A stretch of 64,000 nt of DNA from Schmidtea nova (GCA_044892505.1 CM097884.1:47864001-47928000); one strand, 5' to 3'; positions 20,222 to 33,480 are shown, counted from the first letter of the stretch. The notes: generated by a model not told the origin, from the letters alone. Made by a program: numbers and translations.

Positions 20222-23200
20222 TGTTAGGCCAGCCAAATAGGGCCTGAATGCATATTAATGATAATTAATAAGTATATAAATTAAATAAATAAGGATGAAT
20301 TACCCTTAGTTAGAAAGAGATCTGCGAAATAAAACAAATTAATAAAAGCAAAGGTAAATAATAAGAGAATATTTTAACAGTAAGTACCTGCGAGTTATCA
20401 TTGAGAGCAGGGAGGGTGAGATATCTGAAAATAAATACATTTAAATTATAAAAAGCACGAATAATAAAAGTACATAAATGTAATAATCACATGTAAAATT
20501 ATATTAAGAATAAAAATACCTAAATGAAACATGAACAATTAATTGCAAAACAAACAATTACCCGAGAACGCAAGCCACCTGCGAAAGGGAAAACGAATAA
20601 AATAAAATAAATATTTTATAAAAAAACTTGCCCAATGGGAATGGAAGCAATTCCTGAAAAGGGAAGTGAAATAAATTATAAATGGATTAGAAAATAAATA
20701 AATATCTATCAATTAGCTTATGAATAAAGCCCTCTGATTGGCTGATTGAAATCCCGGATTAGTATAAAAACAGGCGTTCAATTCAGTATCATATACCTTT
20801 TTACACTATATTTTTTAGAGATTTCATTGTGATATTTTGCGATTTGCGATTAATTGTATAACAGTGTAATCAATTTCAATAAAGGTATATATTAAATTGT
20901 GTTTGTTTTATTATTTGATTATAGTATTATTATCGGTTAACCTCTCATTTTCCTAATATCATTAAGAGCACATCGTGATGGTCTTGCAACCTAATGGGCG
21001 AAAATTGCCTTCTCGTTCCGACTTTTTTTAGAAAAAGGGCGATAGGTCGACCCGGTGCTAAATACAGGGAGGGGTCCACATAGGATATTCGATATGTTTG
21101 TTTCATTAAATTGTTTATAAATGATAAATTTGGTCCCACCTGCGTAGTATCAAAGAACGTGAGCAACCCTAGGGCATTTGTTTGTTGACAGACGTTTAAA
21201 TCATTGTGAAAAGATAGGACCCCACATATATAGAGCATTTGATGCCGCAGTCATATGGCTGACAATAAGCATAAAGAATTCGTTTGATCGATTTTGTGAT
21301 ATTATCATGAAATGGATTTCCACATGCAACGTACAACAGAATGTTAAGAATTATTGATACAAACCATAGTGTAAGGATTTTAGATAAGTATGTTTGTATA
21401 AACACATGACAGTGATGGATAGAATATTGGCTAGCAACGCCTGTAATTTTCATGGCGATCGGAGTTTGATCTGACAAGGACTATAGTGGTTCCGCACAGG
21501 AGGGATAGCGCGGCGGAGAATTTATAATTAAAAATTACAGAGTATTGGGAAAGTTTAGTAAGCACAGCGGAAGTCACAGATGTAGATCGTACATACCATG
21601 GCAATTCTAGCGAAACCTAGGCATCAACTGCACATTTGAAATAGCGCCAGCACTCATGTTAATGGAGGTAATTTGAAAAAGGAATTGGGACTTCCTCTGA
21701 AATAAAGTCAATTGTGTTAAATTACCGTAGTGTCATTTTGAGAGAAATCATAAGAAAAGGGACAAAAGCTGAATGCTCAGAATTCGATTGAGTTGTTTAC
21801 TGAGTAATATCAAGAGATTACCAAATCGGCAACGTCGAATAATTGTCATTCGCCTGAATAAACAAAATTTCAATGCTAATATATAACCGGCGAACACACC
21901 GTGGTAGAATAAATTCAAACAATATAGTTTCGACATTTTTAGTTTTGTAAAATAAATCAGACTGTCAACATGTACTATAATTCAAAGGACACACCCCAAT
22001 TAACCTCCTTTATTTGGCGGTAGGGTGAATGTTTAATTTATTTTATTTTAATACAACAAAATTTTGGAAACTTTAACAAATGGATTAGCTAAAAACCATA
22101 CGAAGAGTACAACAGATCCAACAAATAGTCTATTTTCGAAATGGAAGAATCGACAGGCCGGCTCTCTGACCACTCAAGGACCTGCCATCAAATGTCCTCG
22201 ACGACGTCAACCACCACTTGTAGATGTGGCGAAATCAGTTTAAATCACCAGTCTCATTCGGGATATGGGAAAGAAAAGGCGAGGAGATATGGTATGAAGG
22301 TGAACCTTGATGGTCTTCCACCGAGATGAAACCCGATGTCCCCAAATGGTTCATAGTCATTCGAGACTAATCAAACGTGACACGATGGCTCGTATTTTTC
22401 CACAACATTAAAACCCAAGAGCTCAACACCCTCGGATTCATCTTATTGGAGAGACCTCAACTCTTGGTTACTGGGAAACTCCATGGATAGTCCAACTTAC
22501 CATTCAAGTTCAGAAAGAATAAAGAAAGCTTTCGAAGTGGGCAACCCAAATCCGAATTCATGAGATATTCCTCTACAAGGGTTATCTCTGATGGAAGCTC
22601 AACCCAATGATATATGCTGCAGATGGAATCGCTACAGCGAAAGCCGAATATACGCAAGATTGGATCTGCGACTGGAGATACAACGAGCCGGAGTCTATTA
22701 GTGATTCAAGTATAAATTGACAACCAATAACATTCCTGTGATTTGTGTGTTGTTTATCTTAGTTGTTAATCTACTTTTGATAGCTACGTGACGAAGTTTT
22801 GATGTTTGAGTTTGATCGATGGTGATGTGGTTGGTTCATATTTTCCAAATTGATTGGTTTGCTTGATCGAATGTGTGCCAGGTATACGAAGTTAATAAAC
22901 CAGGTTTTTTGCGATTACCTGAGGTATAGTAGGTGCTGAGGACAGAATAGACTAAATTTTAGAGTAGTGATGATTGACACGTAACATGTATATTTTTATG
23001 TCGTAGATGCAACGGAATTTAAAAAAGACTTAAGAATTGCAACAGCAGATTTCCAGACTTGGAGTCACGAATAAATCTTTAACTAGGAGGGTTGCTCATC
23101 TAAGGCGACTGAATGAGGACCTATACCAAATTGGTTCTCCCCATCAGCAATCCAAATTGCAATGCAAGAATGGACAGGTTGAATCCAGCCACAATTGAGT

Positions 23201-23913
23201 AGGGAACGGAATTGTCGGCGACCCGACTAGAATTAAATCAGTGCCTTAGAACAGTTTATAACGCAAGATCTCGCAAATCAAATTCGGGCAATCACGTTGG
23301 AGAAATGGACGAACAGAAGATTATGTTCAAGTGATACCCAAACGGAACTTGCATTCGATAACGATGTGGATCCTTCTATGAGTACGGAAAGCAACCAGCA
23401 CGTGAACGTTAGGGACAGAAAATGAAAAACGAAACAGGTTGGGAGCGAAACGGAGACGAGAACGCCTAGCATTCGAGGAACGGCTCAATATTCAATTAGA
23501 TTTACTGAGTGGGGTGACAGAAAGGCAATTTCTGGATCTGATCGAACGTGAGATGTTGAATAAATAAACATGTATTTTCAAACTGTGTTCAGTGTATGAT
23601 TTCAATGAGTTATAAATGATTTGTGTTGTTTGATGAAGTTATTTTACTAAATGGTAATTTTAGATAATTATTTCATATAAAGGGACAAGTGTACGACGAA
23701 GAAAGGTCTTCTATCGACCGAACGAACCAGTATGGGCAAGAGGGGAATAGTAACTACCTAGGTTGCTCACCTGCCCTTTTGACATACACCGGTTGGTACA
23801 GTTCAGGCATGAAGTACAATTAGGGGTATCTCACGGGCACCATTACGGGGTTTAGAATTTTATGTGGGTGGAGTTGCCTTAATACAAACATCAATAAACC
23901 ACCACACCCAACA
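20222..23913 (+). mobile_element. Giant solo-LTR-like unit B (3692 bp)
   Basis: gaag|TGTTAGG...CCCAACA|gaag (perfect 4-bp TSD). Carries the shared motif at 23707-23770, CCAAT/TATA-like boxes at ~20737-20770 and decayed ORFs. Confidence 0.65.
20737..20770 (+). promoter_or_regulatory. Candidate Pol II promoter of unit B (inverted CCAAT plus TATAAAA)
   Basis: ATTGG at 20737 and TATAAAAA at 20763, ~540 nt from the unit start; a TATA-like palindrome lies ~610 nt from the equivalent end of A1 and A2. Confidence 0.35.
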
Positions 23914-25753
23914 GAAGTAACCTAACAAACATATAACAAACAAATCTTCTTAAATTTCCAATAGTTACATTATTTGTAATAGTTATTGAATTTCTATATT
24001 TGCAACAGCCATCATACATTATTCCAACGGTTCTATCCTCTTTCTCCCATCTAGTATACCCGTAAATGCCTCACTGGACACATTCACATTGGTAATGCAT
24101 ATTGATTGTCGACGGGCTTAGTTGGTAGTGAGCGTGTTTCTTGCACTTTACCTCCAAACCGTGCCTCCTGATTATCTGTGTTAATAGAAGACATGAAATA
24201 TCGCTATGGGAACCCTGCCTTGCGCTTTCTGTAACCTCTCAAGACGACACTGTTAATTATCCGTTAAAATCGGTTCATTTCGCTGTCCCGTACATTATTC
24301 ATTAAAAGCCATTAGAGGGTATGAAAGCAAAATTATTTATTTATTTAATAACCCGACACTCATACTGGGGCATTTAAATTTTTTGGGATTTCAGAAAAAT
24401 GTTCAAATAAAACTGTGTTAATATAAAATAATATATATAAAATAATATAAAATACAAACCATATAAAACTTAAAAATTTAAATTGAGACTAAAACTAATT
24501 AAAAATTAATTAAAATTAAAAATCAATATTTTGAGGGTGGAAGAGGTATGATAGAGTAGCAAATAAAACGCTCAAGATAAATATATTAAATATAATTTGG
24601 CGAGGGTCCCAAAGTTAAGGTATTTTAAAAATAAAAGTAATTAAATATTTGAGAAAAATTAGATAACCATTCTTGTTCAATAATAACAATTCTTGGGAAC
24701 CACCACTGACAACATACATAGTCCAAAAAATTCAATTTATTTTTGGGATTTAAACAATAGTTAGATGTGAAACAAAACGCTCTATAAAAGGAGATACCAA
24801 AATACGACAAGCGCCAGAAAATAATAGAGAATTAAGAAGCAAACAGAGTCAGAACTTGTTATTGAATTAATGATTGAGAATTTTAAAAAGAAGAATTGTT
24901 CCTTCCCAAAGCATTATCAAATAGTTCATATTTATTAAATTTATCCATATTTATTGACTGTCAATATCGATTAGTTTTACGATTGAGTAATTGTATTCGC
25001 GTAATTTGATAAAAATGACACGCACAGTTAGCTAATTAATTCCTATCTGTAACATTTAAATATAAAACCAACACTTCCATACAAAAGTGGTTTATAGTGA
25101 GTAAGGAGAAGTGAGCGCTCTGACACAAGCCAATTATCTCTAACCTATGTAATAATTTTCCAGTGACCCCTCTGAGATTTTTTGGAGGGGTTTACAAAAA
25201 TTATGTGAAACTACATTGCTGTTATCACTTTATATATTATAAAATACGTTATATTCAGAATTTTATTATGTAACCGATGATTTAATAATTTTATGCTTTA
25301 ATCGATGCCGAAATGCTTAATTTTTTTTAATTTAATTTTTCAAGTTTTTGCAAAAAGTATAAAATGTATTAATTTTTTCGAAATTTAAAAAAACTTTATG
25401 GAGAATTTAAAGCCCACCGACAATTTACAAGTAAAAAGGGTCGATTCCCACAAAAATGGTCGGAATTCAATAATTTTTATACCAATCTACTGAGAATGAA
25501 ATGGAGAACAAAAAAAGATTTTAAAAATTAAAAAATGAAAGTTTTGTCTCATCCATTATAATTTTACACTTTAAAACATTACTCCTGCAATTTCCAAAAA
25601 GTAAAGATTGGTCAGAATTCAATAATTTATATACCAAAATACTCACAATTTACCGATCAACAACAAGAAATTCATAAAAATTATAAAAAACAACAAAAAC
25701 ACAAAGTACTTTAAAAATAAATCTTTATTCAAGAAAATCTAGTTTTTCGACAA

Positions 25754-26136
25754 TTACTTTGTATTGTAGAGGTCACCATAATATGCCTTTCGCATTTCGG
25801 CCACCAAAATATGCACTGATTGTTGTCGTTTGAAGTCATGACAGAAAACGCATCTATTGGTACATAAAACTTTCATTGAGTCTTTACATACCACACAATT
25901 TTCGAAGCAATTTTCGACGGCAGCCCCAAGCACAATATCTTAGTTCATTTCGAGCAGCTCTTCAATATTGATCCCCGTGTATTGGTATATTTTGTGTACC
26001 AACAATTGAAGGGCACAATAATCTAGATAACATTTAACATTTGGGTTAAGTACTTGAATCTTTTTGAAAACTACTTCGAACTAAATAATAAATTAATATA
26101 AAAATAAAAATAAAAAATTCTCTTACTTTTAGACAT
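25754..26136 (-). pseudogene. Small Cys-rich (zinc-binding-like) gene with a 46-nt intron, next to Polinton copy 2
   Basis: GTAAG...TTAG intron 26081-26126; exon reads FEVVFKKIQVLNP...CFENCVVCKDSMKVLCTNRCVFCHDFK with one internal stop. Confidence 0.45.
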
Positions 26137-26170
26137 TTTCAAATTTTTACAATCAAGGAATAACAATTAA

Positions 26171-26611
26171 TTAAATGTATTTAATTAATGTATTTATTTC
26201 AATAAAAATATTTTCCACATAATTTTTAAAATCCAAAGTTTTTATTCCAAGCATAACAACTTTGCTGCTTGTAAATATGTTGACACATATTGAATCAAAT
26301 TTATTTAGGTGTAATGAGCGGGATATTTCCTGTTCGAACCAGCAACGAAATTTCTTTTGCAATTAGTATAGATTAATAAATTTGCCGACATCAACCGTCG
26401 CAGTAATTGATTGAATCTCTAAATTTTAATCTTGAATTTAAAATCGTCCGGCTTCAATGGTTGTTTGCAACCCATTACCCGACACTTGCCAGATCTAAAA
26501 ACGATGATGAGGTACTTGCCGCTTTCCTCTGTAACTTTTTTGCGGTTTGCCACTAGGAAATATCATGTCGGGAACTAAACATTTACCTTTATAATTGATG
26601 TTGCTAAATAT
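26171..26611 (-). pseudogene. Divergent TATA-binding-protein-fold gene (two TBP repeats), disrupted
   Basis: Repeat 1 FSNINYKG...LIIVFRSGKCRVMGCK; repeat 2 IQSITATVDVGKFINL...FEQEISRSL...VNIFTSSKVVMLG; two frameshifts and one stop. Confidence 0.7.
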
Positions 26612-26689
26612 TTTTAAATAATTAAACAAATATAAACAATACTAATAATTAATTAATTAATTAAGAAATGGAATTAAGAAATGATGCCG

Positions 26690-27260
26690 TTTATCAAAAG
26701 GTTGGCCCATTGGGAGTGGGAAAACATTATTTGTATGTTCATTATTACAATCTAACATGTTTAAATAGATATTCAATAACATTTATTGGCACAAGGGAGT
26801 CGATGAAGAAAATGCATTGACTCAAGATCAGTTTTGTAAATTATAAATAACCATTATAAAATGGTTTGATAAAAATTGATCATCTAGATTACAAGTTGAT
26901 GTTATAATTATCGATGATTTGCATCAGGAAGCCAATAAAGAAAAGAATTTCAACAATTTATTTACAAATATAAGTAGACACTTGGGTGTTACAGTTATTT
27001 ACATTACTCAAAATTTATTCCATCAAGGTGGTAGTTATAGAACCCGAAATTTAAATGTACAATACTTGGTTATATTCAAAAATCTTTGAGATGTAACAAC
27101 TATTTATTTTATTGTAAGACATCCTTACCTTAATGATAGAAAATGTTTACTTGATTCATTTCAAGACGCAACTAAAATTCCACACGGATATTTTTTTTCG
27201 ACTATACACAACAATGTCCTGATGATTTTCGTATAAGACCTGACATTTTCAATAAAAAGG
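26690..27260 (+). pseudogene. A32-like genome-packaging ATPase
   Basis: Walker A GSGKT at ~26713-26727; Walker B IIIDDL; LFTNISRHLGVTVIYITQNLFHQG; RNLNVQYLVIFKN. Confidence 0.9.
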
Positions 27261-27479
27261 TATAACAGTTTATAAACAAAAATGAAATTGTAAAATTAAT
27301 TTATTAAAATGTCATTAAAAAACGTCATTGTTCAACCCGTTATTGGTAAACCTGATAAACAACAAGAAATATTAAACAAGGTTAAATAGATGTCATTAAA
27401 GAAGATTTCATTAAAAAAAGAAGACACAAATCAAGAAATCGATAAAAAGAAGAAGAAATGAATTACATTATAAGCAAAA

Positions 27480-27790
27480 CAAAGTTGCAAAAATTTGATA
27501 ATAATTAAAATTGAACGCAGTGTACCTTATTTTAATGCCTTGATAAAGGCATTAATAAACGTATGACAATTTTACAGGCTTTTCCCCCATTTGTTATTGA
27601 TGATTTTCTTGAAGTTATTGTTAATGTAATTTGTGGTAATGTAAATATTAGTAAAGCCAAAAAATATCTTTAATCTCTCATCAATACTAAAAATCGTGAT
27701 CTTCTATGTAGAGTTATTTATAAACAAAATGGTGGTTTCTTATGTACATTAATTTCAATAGTATTATCAGCTATAAGTGCATTTCATTGT
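27480..27790 (+). pseudogene. Small conserved Polinton protein upstream of the integrase (core-protein-like)
   Basis: EVIVNVICGNV and YKQNGGFLCTLISIVLSAI resemble the QxGGFL-hydrophobic motif of small Polinton proteins. Confidence 0.6.
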
Positions 27791-27886
27791 TAAATTCATA
27801 AATTGGTGCTAAAGTTTCAATAGATATTAACATCTTGTTGTGACAATGAAGGAAATATTATCCAAAAAGAGCAAACCAAAAATAAA

Positions 27887-28973
27887 TTGAAAAAGATTTG
27901 GACAAACCCAAAAGATCCTGGTTGGTTTGCTGGGGTAAATAAAATTTTAAAAAGAGTAAATAATTCAAAGAAAGATACACAAAAATGGTTATCTGATCAA
28001 TTGGCATATAGTTTAAATAAACCAATGTTTAAAAGATTTCCTACACGAAGTTATAAAACAATTGGTGTTGATGATTTATGGCAAATGGATTTAATGGAAA
28101 TGATACCTTTTTCAAAATTGAATAAAGAAAACAAGTATATTTTGATTGTTATTGATGTATTTAGGCGCTATGCACGTGCAGCTCCAGCAAAATCTAAATC
28201 TGCAAATGAAATGGCTGAAGCTATAAAAAACTTTATTTGTAGATGGGCAACCTCAAAATTTGCAAACTGATTTGGATAAGATTTTAATTTAATTTTAATT
28301 AATTTTAATTTAATTTTAATTTAATTTTAATTAATTTTAATTTTATTCTAGGTAAAGAATTTCATAATAGTAAAGTTAAAGAAATTATCAAGGTTATTAA
28401 TCATTACTTGGTATTTTCATAATTCAATGCAGCTGTTGTTGAAAAATTCAATCGAACTCTGAGAGATAAATTGAAAAGATACTTTTTTTTAAGGAAATAA
28501 ATACATGTTTTGCGTAAATTGATTTATAGTAATAATTATTCTCAACGTAAAAAAATACAGGGAAAGTGACCAATTGATGTTTATCCTACAAATAATATGA
28601 ATAGATAGTTATCTGAACAAATAAAATCAATAACTAAAAAACCGAAATACAGAGTAGGGGATCATATTAGAATCAGTAAAATCAATGGATTCCCTTTTAG
28701 AATTTTGACAATAATTGGAGCGATGAAGTTTATCAAATTTTGAAAATCTATAAAAATCAGAAACCGGTCATGTATTTTATTACCGATTCTGAAAAAAAAT
28801 GATATCAGTGGAAAATTCTATGAACAAGAGTTACAAGTCATTCCAGTCCCATCAGTATTCAGAATTCAAAAGATTTAAAAACCAAAAATGATTGGAAATA
28901 TAAACAATATTATGTTCAACGGCATGGATATGAAAAACCAACTTGGATATCTAGAAACCAATTGATTAAATAA
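27887..28973 (+). pseudogene. Polinton integrase with chromodomain, with a degenerate intron at 28276-28351
   Basis: LWQMDLMEM, YILIVIDVF, QTDLG^KEFHN, VVEKFNRTLRD, GKFYEQELQ; clearly homologous to 7456-8435. Confidence 0.92.
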
Positions 28974-28979
28974 ATATTA

Positions 28980-30697
28980 TGAAAGAAAACTAGTTTTCTA
29001 TGATTTTGCCTATTAATGCGTGTTCTCTTATTTATTTTAATAATGAAGCTAGTAATTATAATGTAGAATTTCAAGATCCGATTTATTTAAAAAATAATGA
29101 CGATATGAAAGTTTCTTTGATTGAATTTACTTTTGTGTATAATTTGTTCCCGTATTATAGTAATTCTTTTATTCAAATTGTAAAAGAAATTTAAGAAATC
29201 AATTATTTGAGAATCAAAAATGTAAGTAATGTATTCGAAGTTTTAAATTCTCAACCTAGTTCAGATACTGATGTATTTATTGAAAAATATGAAAATTTAT
29301 TGTTTGTTTGCCCACATGTTCCATTTAAAATTATATTTCCAGATCTCGAACATGTAAAATGTTATGGATTGGATAGTTAAACAATTATTAGTGAAAATGA
29401 TCATTGTCGATTAAAATTATTAATAATAATAATTATTGTGAATAGTTAAGGTCAATTAAGGGTTATGTTGTGATGAAATTTATTTATGATAAAGTATATG
29501 TTATTTATTAGTATATATTATTTATGTAGTGATTGTTTGTATTGGAAAAATGAAGGGCCCAGCCGAGTCACCAGTAAAAGTGTGTCGGGACAACTTGGGT
29601 GTATGTTGTGTACGTGCTTGTGGGTGTGAGTGTGTGCTTGCCTGTGTAAGAATGCAGAATCACAATTTTTATTATAAATAACAACTTTTAATTTAAATAA
29701 CAACTTTTATTATAAATAACAACACGTACTCGCGATTTTGCTGGGGATTAATATTTCATTCGTTAAATAAAAATCTTTTTCTTTTTGATTTCAATCGGTT
29801 GATAATTTGTTTTTGTATCTTCGAGAATTTTATAATTCGTTTCTTTAATTATTTTTTCTATTTGTCTTGGTTAATTGTCACTTTAATAATTCGTTAATTT
29901 CATATTTTCATTTCATATCTCCACTCTTTCATAATAATCGATTTCTTTTATTTTTGCGTTTGCAATTTCTATCGTCTGATACTTTTATGAAACTTTTACT
30001 GATATTTTCTTTAATAAATTCTTTATAGGCTTCTTTAAAACTGGCTAAATTAATTTAGTAAGCTGAAGGCATCTTTTAAAATCATTTAAATTTTTTTAAT
30101 CAATTTTCTTTAATTTTTCAAATTCATATAGTAATTTATATTACTATAGGAATTGATTTTTTATTTTCATAATTTTAATTTATTATGTTATTTTTTTAAG
30201 TTTTAAGTTAACCATAAAAAAGTGATAATAATAAACACAAGCATCACACAAAACACAAATAATTAACAACTAAAGGGATTACTATGTTCCCAAAACACAA
30301 TTTATCATAAAAATTGACATTTACTATAATAGATTATGACATTAAGACCGTTAATTATCATTATTTTCAAAAAGAATTATTCATTACGACATTACCTAAA
30401 TTGAAAGGATATTTAATGAAAATAAATCTATCTCCATTCAAAGAAATGAAACTTGTCAATAATGAATTGGTTATTGGCGATGTACGAGTTCCCCTGCTAA
30501 AATGAATTTGGATAAAAAAAATATGACTAGGGTGAAGTTGTATAAATTGAAATAAAAAACCCAATGTATTTGCCAATTTCAACATCAACTATAAACAACA
30601 TTGAAATCAATATTCGTGATGACAGTGGAAAATTAATTAAATTTTTAAAAGAAACAAACTTACATTTGACTCAGCATTTTCGTAAAATAAATGAATA
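28980..30697 (+). pseudogene. Minor capsid/penton-like gene 1, interrupted by unrelated sequence (~29520-30300)
   Basis: N-terminus ILPINAC...VSLIEFTFVYN; C-terminus VIGDVRVPLLK...IEINIRDDSGK...HFRKINE*. Confidence 0.72.
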
Positions 30698-31703
30698 AAA
30701 AAGATTTTTATGTTAATTTACCAAGTAATTCTTGCCCATTGACCCATCCTAATAAAAAAGCTGGAATATTTAATGTGGAATATCAAAATCCAATATATTT
30801 GGATGGTAGTTAAGAAGTTGCTCTTATGGAGTTTACTTTTGTGTACAATGAATTTCCATTTTATAATAGTTCAAGAATAAAATTTACTAGAAGCAATTTA
30901 CATTCCAGTTATGAATATTTCAATTTTAACAAAGAAAAGAATGAATATGAAATTAGTCACGATTCTAATTATTATTTGATGTACATTGACGGCCATATTT
31001 TAAGTGTAAATTTTAAATATTTTCCATTTCAAATAATATTCGATAGTGTTGAACAATCTCAAAAATTATGATTTAAAGAAAAAGCTGTGAATTTTGATAA
31101 TGAATTAAATAAAATCGTAATTAATAATAAAGAATTTGTTGATACTATACGATTTACTATAACTTATAATTACTCGGTTGAATAAACTGATAAATTTAAA
31201 GAAGATTTGATAATAAATGGTCTTACTCAATTATCGGATCAAATTGAGAGTTTTTATCCTCATCCATTTAAATTGATTGATATTAAAGAAAGAAAATTAA
31301 CTAAATTAATTCTTGAAGATGATATCAATTGTGTTAAATTTAGTAGAAATTTGACCAATTCATTAGTATTAGTAGATCAAGAATTTATAGAGAAAATTAT
31401 TGATGGCTTATATTATCCACAAGTCCTATATTTTCATCTGCAAATTTTCATCTATATGGATATAATTCAACCAATTCTTGTTAGTGACATGTCAGTTCCC
31501 CTATTGAAATGTATTTGGGTTGAAAAACATAGAAATGAAGATTAAGTACAAATTGTTGTGAAAATACAATGTACTTGCCTGTCAGTTCCACATATATAAA
31601 CAATATAGAAATCAATATTCATGACGACACTGGAAAAATAGTTAAATTTACAAAAGAAGGCAAGACTTACTTGACATTACATTTCCATAAAATAAATGAA
31701 TAA
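30691..31703 (+). pseudogene. Minor capsid/penton-like gene 2
   Basis: FYVNLPSNSCP...EVALMEFTFVYN...YMDIIQPILVSDMSVPLLK...IEINIHDDTGK...HFHKINE*; internal stops. Confidence 0.8.
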
Positions 31704-31990
31704 TACAAATATTATCAGTTTCTATAGCAACATTCAATCAGGTCGAGAATTAGCATATCTTGTAGATAAACAGTATAGTACTGGTTGGTTGAAAACAATA
31801 GGAAGATTTGCATTACCAATTCTCAGACATTGGAAATTTCGGTATGAAAACTGCCAATGGCGTGTTAAATAGTAATTCAAAATTTTTACCTGCACTAAAG
31901 TCCAGTGCCATTTCTGAAATTAAAGGTTGGTTACCCGATGTAATTCATCATTTGCCACAAGTTTTTAATAGTGACTGATTTGTTTAACGA
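31696..31990 (+). pseudogene. Small Polinton virion/core-like protein
   Basis: IQSGRELAY...QYSTGWLKTIGRFALPILR resembles the QxGxG...RxAxPxL proteins found upstream of Polinton major capsid genes. Confidence 0.55.
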
Positions 31991-32050
31991 AAATAAAATT
32001 AAACGAAATGGCAGAATTCTTAAGCGTAAAAAAATATGAAAAAACATCGA

Positions 32051-32636
32051 CCCGGCCTACCAAAGGTCTCCAGTCAGTAGTTATTTACATATTGCAGCTT
32101 ATAATGATCATGTGCAGTACAAATATGAACAGCAATAGGAACAAATGTCACCAACACCTTCAACATGCTGCATGCGCACATGTACACATACGCACTCACA
32201 CACAGACATTTACAGAATATGACTTCTCACACCAGGCACACATCAGTGATATCAGTGAGTCATGTTAATGAAGGATTGTCACTTTCTTAGAATTTGACTA
32301 CTCACACTAAAAGCACAACAGTGATAACAGTGAGTTCGCAAAAAGACTCCCATTGCCCGTAACGCCTTCGAACTGGAAACACATCTGCATGAGGAAGGGT
32401 CACACATCTCCACTGATTCACTGGCAAAAGTGGTCGATACAAGGCCTAAACGAGTGCGCCTTGTTATCCAGATGAAAGGTAATATAATGAAGTACTAACC
32501 CTCTCAGCACTACAGACATTCAGTATTCGTGTGTGTTTGTGACATTTGTTCCCCTTCCTGTTCATTAGAAGCGGTTCATTATAAACAGCAATATGTAAAT
32601 AACTGCCTGACTGGAGACTTTTGGTAGGCCGGGGTA
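32051..32636 (+). mobile_element. Internally deleted Tc1 derivative of the 43887-45331 family
   Basis: Same TIRs (CCCGGCCTACCAAA...TTTGGTAGGCCGGGGTA); left part matches ~43890-44160, right part ~45041-45331. Confidence 0.92.
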
Positions 32637-32676
32637 TAAACAAAAGAATGAAAAGATATGGAACAATATTTGAAAA

Positions 32677-33480
32677 ATGATTAACGCAAAATCTGAATTA
32701 TGTGTTTTGAACAGACCATCTCTACAAGAAGTGATTGAACAAGGTGCATTTGAAGATTTTTACCAAACAAATTTCAATACAGATCCTGGAACATCATCTA
32801 TTCAATTTTACATCAACGGATCTCAGACTGAATATTTAGATTTGAATGATATTTAACTATCTCTTCAGGTCAAAGTTGTAAACAAATCTAGTGAAAATTT
32901 GCGAATGGATGCTGATGTTACTCCCAATAATTTCTTTTTCAAACTCTTTTAAAAGAAGCTGTATAAATGTTTAATTCTACAAAGGTTGAAGGAGGAAATG
33001 ATACATTTACACACAAAGCCATGATTGAAACTATTTTCAACTACAATAATGATACAAAACACACATCTTTAACTCCAATGGGATAAAATGAACATGACCT
33101 TACTAGAAAACATGGATTGCAAAATCAAAGCCATTTTCAATTTGTTCTCAATTACATTTCTATTTCATGGAAGAACCCAAGTATTTATTACCAGATTTTA
33201 GTGTTCAAATTAAATTGACAAGATTAAACCTAGCCTATAGTTTAACATGCACAAAAATTGAACCTAAAATTGAATTATTAGAGGCAAAATTAATGGTTAG
33301 AAGAGTTCGAGTTGAACCATCAGTTTTGGCTGGGCATCAAATTGGACTTGGTACAAGAAATGCAATTTATCCAATAAAAAATATGGAAGTTGTAGAATTT
33401 TCATTGCCAATGGGTTCTTCATCATTTTAAAATGAACAAATCTTTGATTAGGGGCCATTACCAAACTTTATTCTTGTTGC
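32677..33480 (+). pseudogene. Polinton major capsid (double jelly-roll) protein, 3'-truncated
   Basis: AKSELCVL, EYLDLND, KAMIETIFNY, YLLPDFSVQIKLTR, AKLMVRRVRVEPSVL, AIYPIKNMEV. Confidence 0.88.

Noticed and set aside
20945-21700. Gypsy integrase-like reading on the minus strand within unit B
   Set aside because: Only scattered resemblance (AVDA...STSVTSAV) with stops and no complete D-D-E core.
18765-23913. Unit B starting at TGTTGGG 18765
   Set aside because: Flanks AATT/GAAG do not match, whereas a start at 20222 gives GAAG/GAAG.
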